A stretch of DNA of 64,000 nucleotides from Eledone cirrhosa (GCA_964016885.1 OZ024743.1:32488001-32552000), one strand, 5' to 3'. Counted from the first letter of the stretch, positions 26,685 through 39,492 are shown. Made by a program: numbers and translations. The notes: generated from the letters alone by a model not told the origin.

Positions 26685-27500
26685 TTCTTCATCCACCTAT
26701 TCCTGGGAGGGTCATGGGGCCATAATCCTCAAGCACACCATCCAACAGGTCCTGTCAGAAGCAACTGTCTTCAGTTGATCTGGCTGGATCTCTGAGTGAG
26801 ACCAGCTGAGCTCATAGATATTATCCAACCATCTTGCTTGGAGTCTTCCTCTGGGTCTCCTGCTAGGTAGTTTTGCCAGTAAAATCTGTCCAAAGCTTCT
26901 TTCTTGAAACATTCTAACTACATGTCTGTAATATTGAAACTGTGATCTCTCAATTCGGAGAAGTAGTGGCTCTACCTGGAGTGACTCTCTGAGCTTTGAG
27001 CTATGCAGTCTATCAAGTAATGTTATTCCAACATCCCTTCAGAGGAACCCCATTTCAGCGACTTTATTCATGATCATATTTTTTTGGTCATTACTCAAGA
27101 GTCATGACTCAAGATAAGGGTTGATACAGATACCGAATTGAAGAAAGTGAGTTTCACTTTAACACCTATCTCCCTTCTGATGACTGAATGCTGAAGCCAT
27201 AATAATACTGCGCTTAATTAGTTTCTTGCCCTCCATCACTTGTGAACACGGCTCCGAAGATACTTGAACTTCTCCAATTGCTTCAGTGGAACTCCACTCA
27301 CATATAGTCTTCGCAGCATTGATTTTCATTCTTGCTGTGCAGCACTCAGCAGCAAATCTATCAAGTGCTTGTTTGAGATCACCTTCTGATGAATTAAGTA
27401 GTACTATGTCATCTGCAAATTCTAGTCAACGGAACCTACACCTGTCAGTCTCGATACCACATCCAACCTGGCTGCGCATGTCAATCCTGACCATGTAGAT
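26685..27500 (-). mobile_element. Expander-like RTE LINE, RT to 3' end, degraded
   Basis: FADDIV, EKFKYL, KMGSSEG, RRPRGRLQARWLDNIYELSW. Confidence 0.78.
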
Positions 27501-27743
27501 ATAATTTATTATTTTATAAATCACAGAGGGCATTCAATACTTTCAAAGAGCATAAAGATATTAGTCTAGTATACATGCAAATATAGGTTTGAATGTATAT
27601 AAACATAACATCAAAATAAATAAAGATATTAATTTACCACATACTTTAAATTTCATACAGCTTCTAATGTATTGCGTGCGTACGTGAGTGTGTGTGTGTG
27701 TTCCAGCAGTACTATATGGCTATTCATATGAATACAAATTTAC

Positions 27744-27832
27744 AATGCTGCTGAAGAAGCTCTTTGAAGAAATCTTCATTTGGCATTTGTGCAAACAAAG
27801 ATTTTAATACATGCCATGTGTGTATAATTTTT
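27744..27832 (-). CDS. Host gene coding exon 3 ((R)KIIHTWHVLKSLFAQMPNEDFFKELLQQH)
   Basis: Acceptor ttttatacatag|A, donor T|GTAAAT; 89 nt, phase 2 to 1, open frame. Confidence 0.7.
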
Positions 27833-28643
27833 CTATGTATAAAAGTATTCTACCTTTGTTATTTAAGACTTTAGGTTGAGCAACCAAGTAGAGGCACTCT
27901 CTATACCATAGATCCCAAAATGGTTGCTATTAACCTATAGAGTTCAATGACACTAGCTAGATGATCAGACTGGTGGGAGGGGTGACTTGGATGAAAACCT
28001 GACACCTTTATATAAGAAATCTAAATACATCAAACCATACAATAAAATGCATTCTGCTTATACAGATTGCTGATTTATATTAATTGGTCTTTATTGCCTA
28101 GTTATGTTATAGTTTCTTTACTTATTTATTCCCTTATGATATTTTTGTACATGCCTGTGATAGATGAAGTGTCATGGCTTTTATAAGGAGTCCATCTAAA
28201 TTGCTAGTGGGGCGCTGAAAATTTATAGAAAAGAAGTTTTGTAGAAGAGTATTAAAGTAACATTACTCTTGAATATATACTCCTGGTGTACATGTCTACA
28301 GAGTGATGTTCAGTTATTGTAAATATTGGCTACCCAACATTTAATTAGTTGTATGTAAATGAGGCTGCATTTATTCCTGAATGTAAAGCTATAAGTTACT
28401 GTTTCTTTATAATCAATTTGTAATACCATTTGATTAAAAAAAACAACTAATTGTACTATAATTGCATTTGTTTTCATTTCAAAATAATTTAATTTTAATT
28501 TTAATTTTTCTAAAATAAATAGAAATAATGGAAATTTAGTTTCTCTAAATTAATTGTTGAGAGTCAGTTTGAAAGCAACTACAATAATAGCTAGTGTTTG
28601 TTGTCTAAGTAACTGGCAAAAATGTAGAAATATTGTAACTGCA

Positions 28644-29130
28644 TTAACCCTTTAGCATTTAAACCAGCTGTACCCGGCCAGAATTCTCTCACCGCTTTCT
28701 GTTCAAACAGGCTATAACAGGTCGCTCATAGTGATGTTAAGGCATTGTTCTCAAAATAAATAACAACAAAACCTCACAGACTTGATATTATGTGAGATAA
28801 TTATGTAAGAAAATGCCTTAACCATAAAAATATAATAGTAAATATAGTAAATATCACTAAGAGAGACTACAACTTCCTTAAATACCTTCCACCTTACTTT
28901 CTTAAGCCTTTAGCATTTACATTACTCTAGATTTACTATTATATGTTTACGGTAAAGGCTTTATCTTACATAATTATCTCACATAATATCAAATCTCTGA
29001 GATCTTGTTTTTATTTATTTTGAGAACACTACCTCAACATCAGTATGAGCGGCTGGTTACAGCCGGTTTGAACAGAAAGAGGTTAGAGAATTCTGGCCAG
29101 ATATGGCCAATTTAAGTGCTAAAGGCTTAA
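28644..29130. mobile_element. Two piggyBac-like MITE copies in inverted orientation (28644-~28860 and 28902-29130)
   Basis: ggccagaattctct...tgttcaaac is the reverse complement of gtttgaaca...agagaattctggcc; TTAA termini. Confidence 0.75.
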
Positions 29131-29467
29131 AGTGACTAAAAACTTTCTTCATAATTTCATGTAAGAAGCTTAGCTACATTTCAAACACCAGTTTGATAAT
29201 GAGAAAGTTAGTTATATTACTATGTCCCTCTAAATTCTTGATTATTAAGAAGATTATGTGAAAGGCATAGGCAGTGTTTTCATTAGACAATATGGTGATG
29301 AAGGGTTAAAATAATAAAATAATCTTTAGCACATACTAAAAACACTTCTTAAATATCTTGCTATCACTTTTCATTCCAAATACAAAATAATTATGGCTGA
29401 TATATGGTTGCCAATAACAACTAAAATTTGTTACACCTTATGTCTTATTACTTGATTACATTATAAT

Positions 29468-29652
29468 ATTGGCAGTATCGGTAGATGGTCAGACGCCATG
29501 CTTTGCAGCAAAGAGTTACGACCCTTTATGGTCTGAGTTCAAATCCCGCCGAGGTTAACTTTGCCTTTCATCCCTACGGGGTCGATAAAATAAAGTACCA
29601 GTAATACACTGGGATAATTGCTGGCCTTGTGCCAAAAGTAGAAACAATTATA
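29468..29652 (+). mobile_element. SINE family 1 copy
   Basis: Same head, core and tail as 8920-9112. Confidence 0.85.
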
Positions 29653-30386
29653 ATATAGACATATATTACTGAAGCTGTTCTATCAATCTGTCTCATTCTA
29701 TCTTGTATGAGAGTGAATATATGTGAATGCATTTATGTATAGTTGAAGAGGCTTGAGACTATAAGGTAAAAGAGTTAGTATAAACTTGAGTATACAATTA
29801 AACATCTCCTAGGAAAATATTTGTATTTCACACAAAGTAAGTAGCTGGATATGCTGGAGTGATATTCATGATTTAACAACTCCAACTATATATATTTTTT
29901 TAAAATTATTGATACAAATTTGTTTTTTTATTTTATATGTAGGTATATACCTACATCCATATATGTGTCTGTGTGTGTGTGTGTGTATATATATATATCA
30001 TCACCATCACCGTGGAAGATAGACATTAAACGATGAATGATAATATATATATATAGGAAAAGATTCAGGATATATATATATATATATATCATCATCATCA
30101 TCATCACCGTTTAACGTCCGTGTTCCACGCTTATGCTAACAGAATAACTATGAAGCTTGTTCCCTTCCTTCTACGGTTAGCTCTCCTCTTTGTTGTTATC
30201 TTGTCTCACTCGCTTTACGCGTTCTAATTGTCCTAATAACTTAATTTAGTTATTATTGCACCGACGTGAGGTATATGATTTTTAATGCAATGAAATATCT
30301 ATGATCGTCGGCAAATCACTGATGAGGGACTTATTTTATTACATGTTATCCATGTGCAACCTGCAGTATTCTTCTCCCCATTTTTT

Positions 30387-30822
<436 letters not shown>

Positions 30823-30891
30823 TATATATATATACATACATATATATATATAAATATATATATATATAGAAACATATATATATAAATATAT

Positions 30892-31228
30892 GGAGGCAAA
30901 TGGCTTAGTGGTTAGAGCATTGGCCTTGCAATCGAAAGGTTGTCAGTTCAATTCTCAGACCGGCTGATGTGTTGTTTCCTTGAGCAAGACACTTTATTTC
31001 ACATTGCTCCAGTTTACTCAGCTGTAGAAATGAGATGATAGGGACTGGGGTCCATATCATTCCACTGCAAAGTGGTCGTGGAGGTGCCATGGCAAAAAAG
31101 CACCCAGCACTCACTGTAAATGAGGTTGATGTTAGGAAGGGCATCCAGCTGTAGAAATCAAGCCAGAATCAGTTCCCGTCCCAAGCAAGGAAAAGCGGAC
31201 GTAAAAAAATAAAAAAATGAAATGATGA
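30892..31228 (+). mobile_element. tRNA-derived CORE-type SINE family 2 with RTE-derived 3' tail
   Basis: A-box TGGCTTAGTGG, B-box-like GTTCAATTC, CORE-like ccttgagcaagacactt...ctcagctg, tail shared with RTE LINEs. Confidence 0.85.
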
Positions 31229-31234
31229 TATATT

Positions 31235-31500
31235 CAGTGTACGGGAGCCTCCCAAAAGTCAGCTCGAGAGTAGCACAGAGGAGATTGAGGTTAGCTGGAC
31301 ATGCTCACCGAGATCCAGAGTTGACACTGCACTCCGTGCCCCTGTGGGAGCCCCTGCATGGACACACTGGAAGAGGAAGACCGAGGTTAACATATGTTGA
31401 TGCCCTAAGGACAGACACTGGTCTTATGGAGACGCAGGACATGGCAGCAATAATGAGCGACAGAGATCGCTGGAGAGAACTCGTCCATGGATCTTAATTC
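31235..31500 (+). mobile_element. RTE-clade LINE 3' fragment (different family)
   Basis: RRLRLAGHAHR...LWEP...GRGRPRLTYVD...MSDRDRWR. Confidence 0.8.
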
Positions 31501-31814
31501 ACATTGCTCCTTTTACCTGGAGTTGCAACCGATAGATAGTATTAGCAATTGGAAATCAGTCCGATTTGAGAAAGTTGATCGAATGTCGATATATATATTT
31601 ATGATTGAATTGAATTACTAATTTCACTGTATTACTTAACTACAGAAAATCCCGCCGAGGTTGACTTTGCCTTTCATCCTTACGGAGTCGATAAAATAAA
31701 GTACCAGTAATGCACTGGGTAATTGCTGGCCTTGTGCCTAAAGTAGAAACAATTACTTAACTACAGGAAATATTCTAATAATAACAGAATGTATAAGCAG
31801 AAAGTGAGTGTTAG

Positions 31815-32058
31815 CATGTTTTCATGTGTTATGTAAATAGCCCATGCGATCTGTATACTTCATTATCTGTATAATTCATTATCTGATACTGTCTGGTAAT
31901 AATTTCCATGCATCTCCTCTGTTCAAAGAATAATGAGCATTATTCTTTAAGCCTTCTCTGATGAGATGCATGGAAATTATTACCAGGCACTATGAGAAAA
32001 TGAATTATGTAATTATACAGATCTCATAGGCTATTTACATATCACATCGAAACACGTG
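31815..32058. mobile_element. Foldback MITE with ~100-bp imperfect TIRs
   Basis: ctggtaataatttccatgcatctc / gagatgcatggaaattattaccag and atgtaaatagcc / ggctatttacat. Confidence 0.75.
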
Positions 32059-32204
32059 TTAGATCCACCAATATTTAATAAGTGAATTAATAAAAGATAT
32101 ATTGCAAAACCTGGCGATGGACCTGCGACCTGTCTTCAGAGGCGTGGGTTGGATGCACAAAGATTACATATCCCAAGAAACCAAAGAGGGTTTGGAAGGG
32201 AGCA

Positions 32205-32780
32205 AACCTTGACAAATGGAACCTGAAACATCACAACCATTACAAGTAAGGAGCAAGAACTAATGGAGGAGGCTAGATGCTACTGGTTAGATATAGTTGG
32301 GGTTTCTTCAACAAAGTTCTGTGGCTCTGATACTGTAGATTTGGATGGAAGATGGACTCTCCACTATTCAAGAGTGGCACCAGAAATGACTGGACAGGCA
32401 AGAGTGGGGATACTCACAAGCCCCAGCAAGCAGAATGTATTATGGACTGAATCCCATTAGGAAGGAGATTTGCTTCTTGAAACTTAAGCTGAACGATAGG
32501 TCTTTGTGGGTGGTGCAAGTTTATGCATCAAACAAGGAGTCAAAATACAGACCCTTCTTGATGAAGTCATTGCAGCATTAGATGCAGTTAAGACTAAGTC
32601 ATATATCCTGATGGGGGGACTTCAATGCACATGTTGGCACAGATCACCTGACATGGAAAGGAGCGATTGGAAGGAAAGGCTACCCCGATCTAAATACGAA
32701 TAGAGAGAGCTTATTAGACTTCAGTTCTAGCAATGGGCTCTATTATGAATACCTTGTTCCAGCACAGAGATATCCAATTA
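32205..32780 (+). mobile_element. Expander-like RTE apurinic endonuclease (5') fragment
   Basis: KEQELMEEARCYWLDIVGVSSTK...[28 protein letters not shown] with frameshifts. Confidence 0.78.
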
Positions 32781-33119
32781 ATAACACTATTATGCACTTA
32801 ATAGCACCACCTGGCGAATTGTTTCAAATCATGATTTGGACACAATGGCTCACTCAAGTAGAGAGTTATTGTTTATGGAGACACATCCAGGCGTAGGAGG
32901 TTTATCCTGGATTTATTGGAGGAATTTGTCCAAAGACGTTTTGAATTTTATGGGATCTGTTTCTGTTTTTATGTATTTTGGTACAACATTAAAGAGAAAG
33001 AAACCAGTTGAGGTGAAATAATTGTGCTGTTGTTATGAGATATGAGTTTGATTTTCGTTGTGAGCAGATAGCATGGGGATCAAGCCATAGGTGTATTTTA
33101 AAGATGATGCCAACAATGT

Positions 33120-33438
33120 AAATGCCAGAGAAAGGCAGAGCTTGGATGAAGGAGAAACTTGGTTTAAGAGGAATCCAAAGTGGTGTGCAAGAGAGATGAC
33201 TGCATTGGTATGGGCATGTGATGTGCATAGATGATGATTGCTGGGTGAAGAAGTACCAGGAAATCCCAATAGAAGGAAGCCACTGTAGAGGTAGACCAAG
33301 GAAGATCTGGGCGGAGGTGGTGAAAGCAGATCTCAAATCACTGGGACTCACAGAGATGATGAATGAATGCTATGAGTGGAGATATGCTGTACTGAAATAC
33401 AAGCATGGAAAATGGACGTAAAAATGAGGATGATGATA
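33120..33438 (+). mobile_element. RTE LINE 3' fragment
   Basis: LHWYGHVMC...RGRPRKIWAEVVKADLK; catggaaaatggacgtaaa + GAT tail. Confidence 0.8.
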
Positions 33439-34610
33439 TTTTTTTTTTAATCAATAATAATGAATTTTCAAAAAATATATAGATATATATACATACATAT
33501 ATTTCTTTACATGCAATATGGAAGATTTTAATCCTTAACCAAATTTCATAGAACTTGCCTAACAGAGAGAAAATTGAAGTAGCAGAGATTTTATATGTTT
33601 AGATATTTGCCTTTTGTGGTTTCTTAATCCTTTTCAAACAACATGGATTTACCAGACTGATGCTTAACTCAAGTTTCCCTAATCATAAGTGGTTTTGAAA
33701 TTAATCTCCCTTTAACCTTTTCATGACCACATTTAAACACATTGCTTATGTGTTTTATTAATTTTTATAATGTTCAAGAATTTGGAAAGGATTTACTCAA
33801 ATAATTTTTTTTTTTTTCATTACAAAGCTGTTGTTTGGAACATAACTTGACAAAAAGAATTCAAATATGAGCATTTTATTCCTTTCACTATTATATTCTT
33901 TTATGAAAGACATTTCCCATAATTTTGAAATAATCTAGAATGTGTAGGGCTTTACTAATATAACTAACTTTCTTGTTATTGAGTTAGTGTTTGGGATAGA
34001 ATATAAAGGCCTTACATTAAATTATGATGGATGGTTTTGAGATAAATATAAACATTGTAAAATAAACAGCTTTGAATTATAGGACCAGAGGCAGTTTGAT
34101 ATTAAAAGGATTGAACCAGGAGCACTCTCAAGCAGATTGTTATCTAAAGTGTTAAATATGATACCATTTTACTGATGTTAAGTATCCTTAGAAGCACATT
34201 CTCCTACAGCTATGTAATCTGAAGTAATTAACCCTTTCATTCTTGTATTTCTAATGAAATATATTGCCTATCATTTCCAATTAATTTTGAAAATAACAAA
34301 TAACCTAAAATTTTGAGAAATTTAATAAAATCACTTAGTTTTATATTAGTAAGCTGATATAACAAACATTTCTAAAATTACAATGGAAAGTTTTAATATA
34401 AGGATAAATATTTATAGTCCTTTCCTCCACTTACCCGTAGAGCCAGATCTGCCCTTTTTTATCCCTTCTTCTTTTCTCATTACTTAATTTTGCTTTTATC
34501 TTTCTTTTTACATAATTATCATCATCATCATCATCGTTTAACGTCTATCTTCCATGTAATCATCAATGGTTTTTAAACCAACTTTGTGAATAAAATAAAA
34601 TACCCATATA

Positions 34611-34807
34611 TCAGACCTGTCAACTCTCCCCATCTAACGGGGAGATGTCCCACCCACCTTAAGGTGAGTGTGAGATGTCTTCTTTTGTGAAAATGGGTAT
34701 AGCTTTCATTATGTAAAATTTCCCCATTTTACCTCATTTCTCCCCGTTTTGGGGCACTTTTTTTCATGGTACACCTCGTTTGGGTTTTTAGACATTGGCA
34801 GATCTGA
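34611..34807. mobile_element. Small MITE
   Basis: TIR tcagacctgtcaa / ttggcagatctga. Confidence 0.5.
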
Positions 34808-34912
34808 TATATAGTAAAAAATATACATTTTTTTTTAATGAACAGCTTTGTGGCATAAATCCAGGGCAGTTTCTAGTGATTTGTTATGGAAATAGTTAAG
34901 AATGAAATGTAC

Positions 34913-34982
34913 CTCTGAGATGTGAAATATGACAATATCCTTGAGCCAGCAACTAAATATTGTCTACTCATCAATTGATCTC
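34913..34982 (-). CDS. Host gene coding exon 2 ((G)DQLMSRQYLVAGSRILSYFTSQ)
   Basis: Acceptor tttatacag|GA, donor AG|GTACAT; 70 nt, phase 1 to 2, open and joins exons 1 and 3 in frame. Confidence 0.7.
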
Positions 34983-35364
34983 CTGTATAAATTCCTTAAG
35001 TCTTTGGGGAAAGTTACTTAATGCTGCAGTTACTGGTTTAACCCCTTTGATACCAAACTGCCTGAAACCGCCTCTAGTTCTACAATACAAAGCAATTTAT
35101 TTTAAAATATATTTATATTTATCTAAAAAGCTTCCCTCATAATTAATGTAAGAACCTTTGTTAAGTTATATTTCAAACACTAGCTTAATAATGAAAATAT
35201 TAGTTATATTACTAAATTCTTCTAGATATTTAATTATTAAAAAAATATTTGAAAATCATAGGTAATGTCTTTCCTTAGAAATACGATAATACTTCACACT
35301 AATACACAAATCACTTGAGCCAGAGTTGGGAACATTTTAGTTTTAAAAAGAAAATTGAGACTAT

Positions 35365-35540
35365 CATTTCACATTGGTCCAGTATACTCAGCTGAAAATG
35401 GGTACCAGTAGAAGTTAGGGGTTTAAGCCTACGATAGACAGGCATCCTATCCAGGGGGGGGGGTCTTGTACACTTAGTCGCTTAACACTACTGAAACCAG
35501 GATAAACACTAGCCTGATGCGCCTCCAGCCTTGAGCAAAA
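35365..35540 (+). mobile_element. SINE fragment with CORE-like and V-domain-like segments
   Basis: ctcagctgaaaatgggtacc followed by cctacgatagacaggcatcctatccagggg. Confidence 0.45.
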
Positions 35541-36439
35541 CTTTAGAATTTTAGATGGAATTACTATTTAATTGATCTAACATTCTAGAAATAACAGCTA
35601 AATATCCTTCAATTAGCACCAAATAACACATTGATAGAAAATAATAGAACTCATATTTCACATCGGACAACATTATTCTCTCTAGCCTGGTCTGAGTTCA
35701 AATCCCGCCAAGGTTAACTTTGCCTTTCATCCTTACGGGGTCGATAAAATAAAGTACCAGCAATGCACTGGTTAATTGCTGGCCTTGTGCCAAAATCAGA
35801 AACAATTATTCTCTCTAGCCACACATACCACACTCCTTCACGTTTTGATAGAACAGGCAGTCAGAATATTGACTCAATGCAATTGTAACCTAAGCAAAAA
35901 TGAAAGAACAGCCAAACCCCCACTGTCATCGCCTCCATCTCTCTGGACCTCTCCATCTCTCTGGCCCTCCCCATCTCTCTGTATGGTGAGCGAATGGGGT
36001 CCCACGTGCTGGCCTCCCCACAGCCCCGGCGGACAGAATGGAGAAGGTGTTTCCCCGTTTTGTCTATAAATTTTACTGATTGATCAAAATATTTACACAT
36101 TTTTAAAATAAAATACGAATGAAGCAGACATTTTAAGTAGCTTAATTGAAAAAAAAAAAAAGTAAAAGTCACGTGATAAATGTGCCGCACCAAGTGACTG
36201 AACTCAGAACCACATGGCTGCAAAGTATGTATGTGTGTATATATATATATATAAGTATGTATCAGCCGTACTAAGAGTGAGAAATGAAATTTCAATTTCA
36301 TTTTTTCCATTTATATATATATATATGATTCCAGTTCCTCAGTGAAATAACAACCCAACCAGGAACTGGGCATATCAGAGTATTGACAATATTATACACC
36401 TCAACAACATATGTACTTGTCTATACCACACTAATTCGG

Positions 36440-36494
36440 ACTGCTTGAAGAGGTCACAGCCAAAGATGGCTGTCACTGAAATATATATAGCAGT
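36440..36494 (+). ncRNA. Minimal type I hammerhead ribozyme motif (C3U core variant)
   Basis: Stem I actgc/gcagt, core TTGAAGA, stem II ggtcacagcca/tggctgtcact, GAAA, palindromic stem III, ATA cleavage triplet. Confidence 0.6.
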
Positions 36495-36615
36495 AATAAA
36501 CGAAGCTAAATTTTAAACATTTGACTTTTTTAACTTTATTTACATTACTCCGGAGTAACCGAGTGCTCCAGCCTGCATACTGAGGTGTTGGTATACAACC
36601 AACATATACTCAAAA

Positions 36616-36647
<32 letters not shown>

Positions 36648-36652
<5 letters not shown>

Positions 36653-38543
36653 CAATCAAAGATATGAAGATGGGGAAGGCAACCGGTCCATCGGGTATAG
36701 CTGCCGAGATGCTGAAGGCATCTGGGTCTGTAGGTCACACTATAACCACACGTATTGTTAACCAGGTAATACTAGAAGGTGTCATACCAAAAGATTGGTG
36801 CAGTAGCATCATTGTCAACTGCTACAAAGCTAAAGGTGATGCACTAGATAGAGGAAACTATAGAGGTATAAAGCTGATGGACCAGGTCATGAAAGTAACA
36901 GAAAGAGTTATAGCACAGTTGATTAAGGACCAAGTGAAACTAGATGAGATGCAATTTGGGTTTGTACCAGGAAGAGGCACCACTGATGCCCTCTTCTTTG
37001 TGAGGCAGTTACAGGAAAAGTACCTAGCTAAAAATAAGCCACTCTACCTGGCATTCATCGATCTCGAGAAAGCCTTTGACAGAGATCCACGTGCTATAAT
37101 CTGGTGGGCTATTAGAAAACTAAGAGTAGATGAATGGCTTGTGAAAGCTGTACAAGCCATGTATAAGGGATCAGTCAGCAAAGTTAGGATTAGCAATGAG
37201 TATAGCGAGGAATTTAGCGTACAGGTTGGTGTCCACCAGGGCTCTGTTCTTAGCCCTCGCCTGTTCATCATAGTCCTGCAGGCAATAACGGAGGAGTTTA
37301 AGACTGGATGCACATGGGAACTCCTGTATGCAGATGAACTCGCACTCATAGCTGAATCTATGGTAAGAAGAAATTCCAAACTTGGAAGCAGGGACTAGAA
37401 AGAAAGGGTCTCAAAGTCAACATGACAAAGACTAAGGTCCTTGTAAGTAGACGAGAAAACAGAACCCAGATCCCCTCAGGGAAATGGCCTTGCTCAGTAT
37501 GTAGGAAAAGTGTAGGTAGGAACTCCATTCTCTGCCCCAAATGCAAACAATGGGTACACAAGAGATGTAGCGGGATCTCAGGAAGCTTAATTAAGAACGT
37601 AGGCTTCACATGTAGCAGCTGCGCTGGGACAGCAAGCAGCAAACAGCCACAGGAAACAAGTACCACCAATCTCTGGGAGGGCTCTGTAGAAACAGTAGAC
37701 AGCTTCTGCTACCTAGGTGACCGAATTAGCAGCGGAGGTGGGTGTTCAGAAAGGACAATAACTAGAGTAAGAACGGGATGGAAGAAGTTCAGGGAACTAC
37801 TGCCACTGCTAGCTGCAAAAGGCTTCTCCCTCAAAATGAAAGGCAGACTGTATGATGCGTGTATCCGAACAGCAATGTTACATGATAGTGAGACCTGGGC
37901 GCTGAAGGTGGAAGACTTACGTACATTAGAAAGAAACGAAGCCTGCATGCTCCGATGGATGTGAATAGTAATATACGCGAATGGCAAAGCATAAATGAAT
38001 TGAGAGAGAGACTGAACATAAGAGGAATCAAATGCTGTGTGCAGGAGAGGCGGTTGCGCTGGTATGGACATGTGATGAGTATGAAGGATGACAGCTGCAT
38101 AAAAAGGTGCAGAGCACTAGAAGTCAATGGAAACCGCGGAGTGGGGCAGACCCAAGAAGACCTGGGATGAGGTGATAAAAGCTGACCTTACCCAATTACA
38201 CCTCTCAAAGGTGATGACACACGACCGTGACCTCTGGCGTCACGCAGTAATACAGAGTACCCGACCTCCCATGGGTACAAGCTGAAGCATATAGACAATA
38301 TGCCCCCCACACCCTCCCACTGTAAAATGGACGTGTAGGCGCCACGGAAAAAAAGCACCCAGCACTCACTGTAAATAAGGTTGGTGTTAGGAAGGGCATC
38401 CAGCTGTAGAAATCAAGCCAAAATCAGCTCCTGTATGAGCAAGGCATGGTCAGCCGACCAGACACTGCCCACAACAGGACAACCCATCTAACCCATGCTA
38501 GCATGGAAGAACGGACGTAAAACAGTGAGGATGATGATGATGA
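36648..38543 (+). mobile_element. 5'-truncated RTE LINE with PHD, frameshifted, long 3' UTR; inserted in (TA)n
   Basis: ORFs 36664-37398, 37422-37964 and 37955-38170 are consecutive parts of the same RT; YADE variant; (GAT)n tail. Confidence 0.93.
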
Positions 38544-38739
38544 TATATATATATATATATATATATTGTTAAAGGAAATACTGTATATATCTATCTAATG
38601 ATTCTTTGGACTTATATTTTTATATATAGCTCTGATTAATAATTATTTAATTAATTGAGCCACACCGTGAATGGTTGCCAAACTCATATATGTATCTGTG
38701 ACTATGTCTAATTATATATATATATACCCTTTGATTTTA

Positions 38740-38811
<72 letters not shown>

Positions 38812-38852
38812 ATGATATTAATAAATGGAAACTATATTTATAAAACCATATT

Positions 38853-38913
38853 TATTCTATTAGATATATTTCAAGGGTACCAAAACTTTGATACGCTCTC
38901 ATCAGATAAAATA
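38853..38913 (-). ncRNA. Minimal type I hammerhead motif, inverted copy
   Basis: Minus strand reads tattttat CTGATGA gagcgtatcaaagttttggtaccctt GAAA tatatcTA atagaata. Confidence 0.6.
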
Positions 38914-38996
38914 CAACGGTTCAAGTTTTTCCAGGAAAAACTTGAACTGTTAAGATCTCCTTCCTGGATATGTCAATATTTATAAAACAAACTTTG

Positions 38997-39057
38997 TATT
39001 TTATCTGATGAGAGCGTACCAAAGTTTTGGTACCCTTGAAATATATGTAATAGAATA
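38997..39057 (+). ncRNA. Minimal type I hammerhead ribozyme motif
   Basis: Stem I tattttat/atagaata, CTGATGA 39005-39011, stem II gtaccaaa/tttggtac, GAAA 39038-39041, loopless stem III, GTA triplet ending at 39049. Confidence 0.72.
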
Positions 39058-39359
39058 AATATGGTTTTATAATTAGTTTCCATTTATTAATATCATTTAT
39101 ATTATACTCCAGAAAAGTTGTTGAGTGCTTTGAATCAGTTATAAATATATTTGTTGAATTACCAACAAATTAAATATCCCTTTGCTTATATATATATACA
39201 CACACACACACATATATCATGACTCATACACTGTTCATTTTCCTGACATTTGTACATTATTCTATGTACTATACATACACCTTTGATGAGTTGTAGTGCA
39301 TTTGAGCACTGTACACAATAATTTCATTATTATTATTATATATAACTTGTCTCGACTTG

Positions 39360-39465
39360 GTTAACACCCATGTGTTTAATTTGCAAGGAGTCCTTTTTGA
39401 ATGAGGCGATGAAGCCATCGCGTTTGAGTAGACACCTGGAGGTGAGGCACCCCAATAAGAGATAG
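39360..39465 (+). mobile_element. hAT Charlie/Buster transposase BED-finger fragment
   Basis: TPMCLICKESFLNEAMKPSRLSRHLEVRHP matches the C..C...MKPS.L.RHL...H pattern. Confidence 0.75.
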
Positions 39466-39492
39466 CATACTTTCAGTCTCTTAGGGGCCAAT

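Noticed and set aside
30892-30970. tRNA gene
   Set aside because: tRNA-like SINE head continuing into CORE-like and LINE-derived segments; multi-copy
31958-31985. CTGATGA...GAAA as a hammerhead
   Set aside because: Stem II would open with a G-G mismatch and no stem I is present; it lies in a MITE arm
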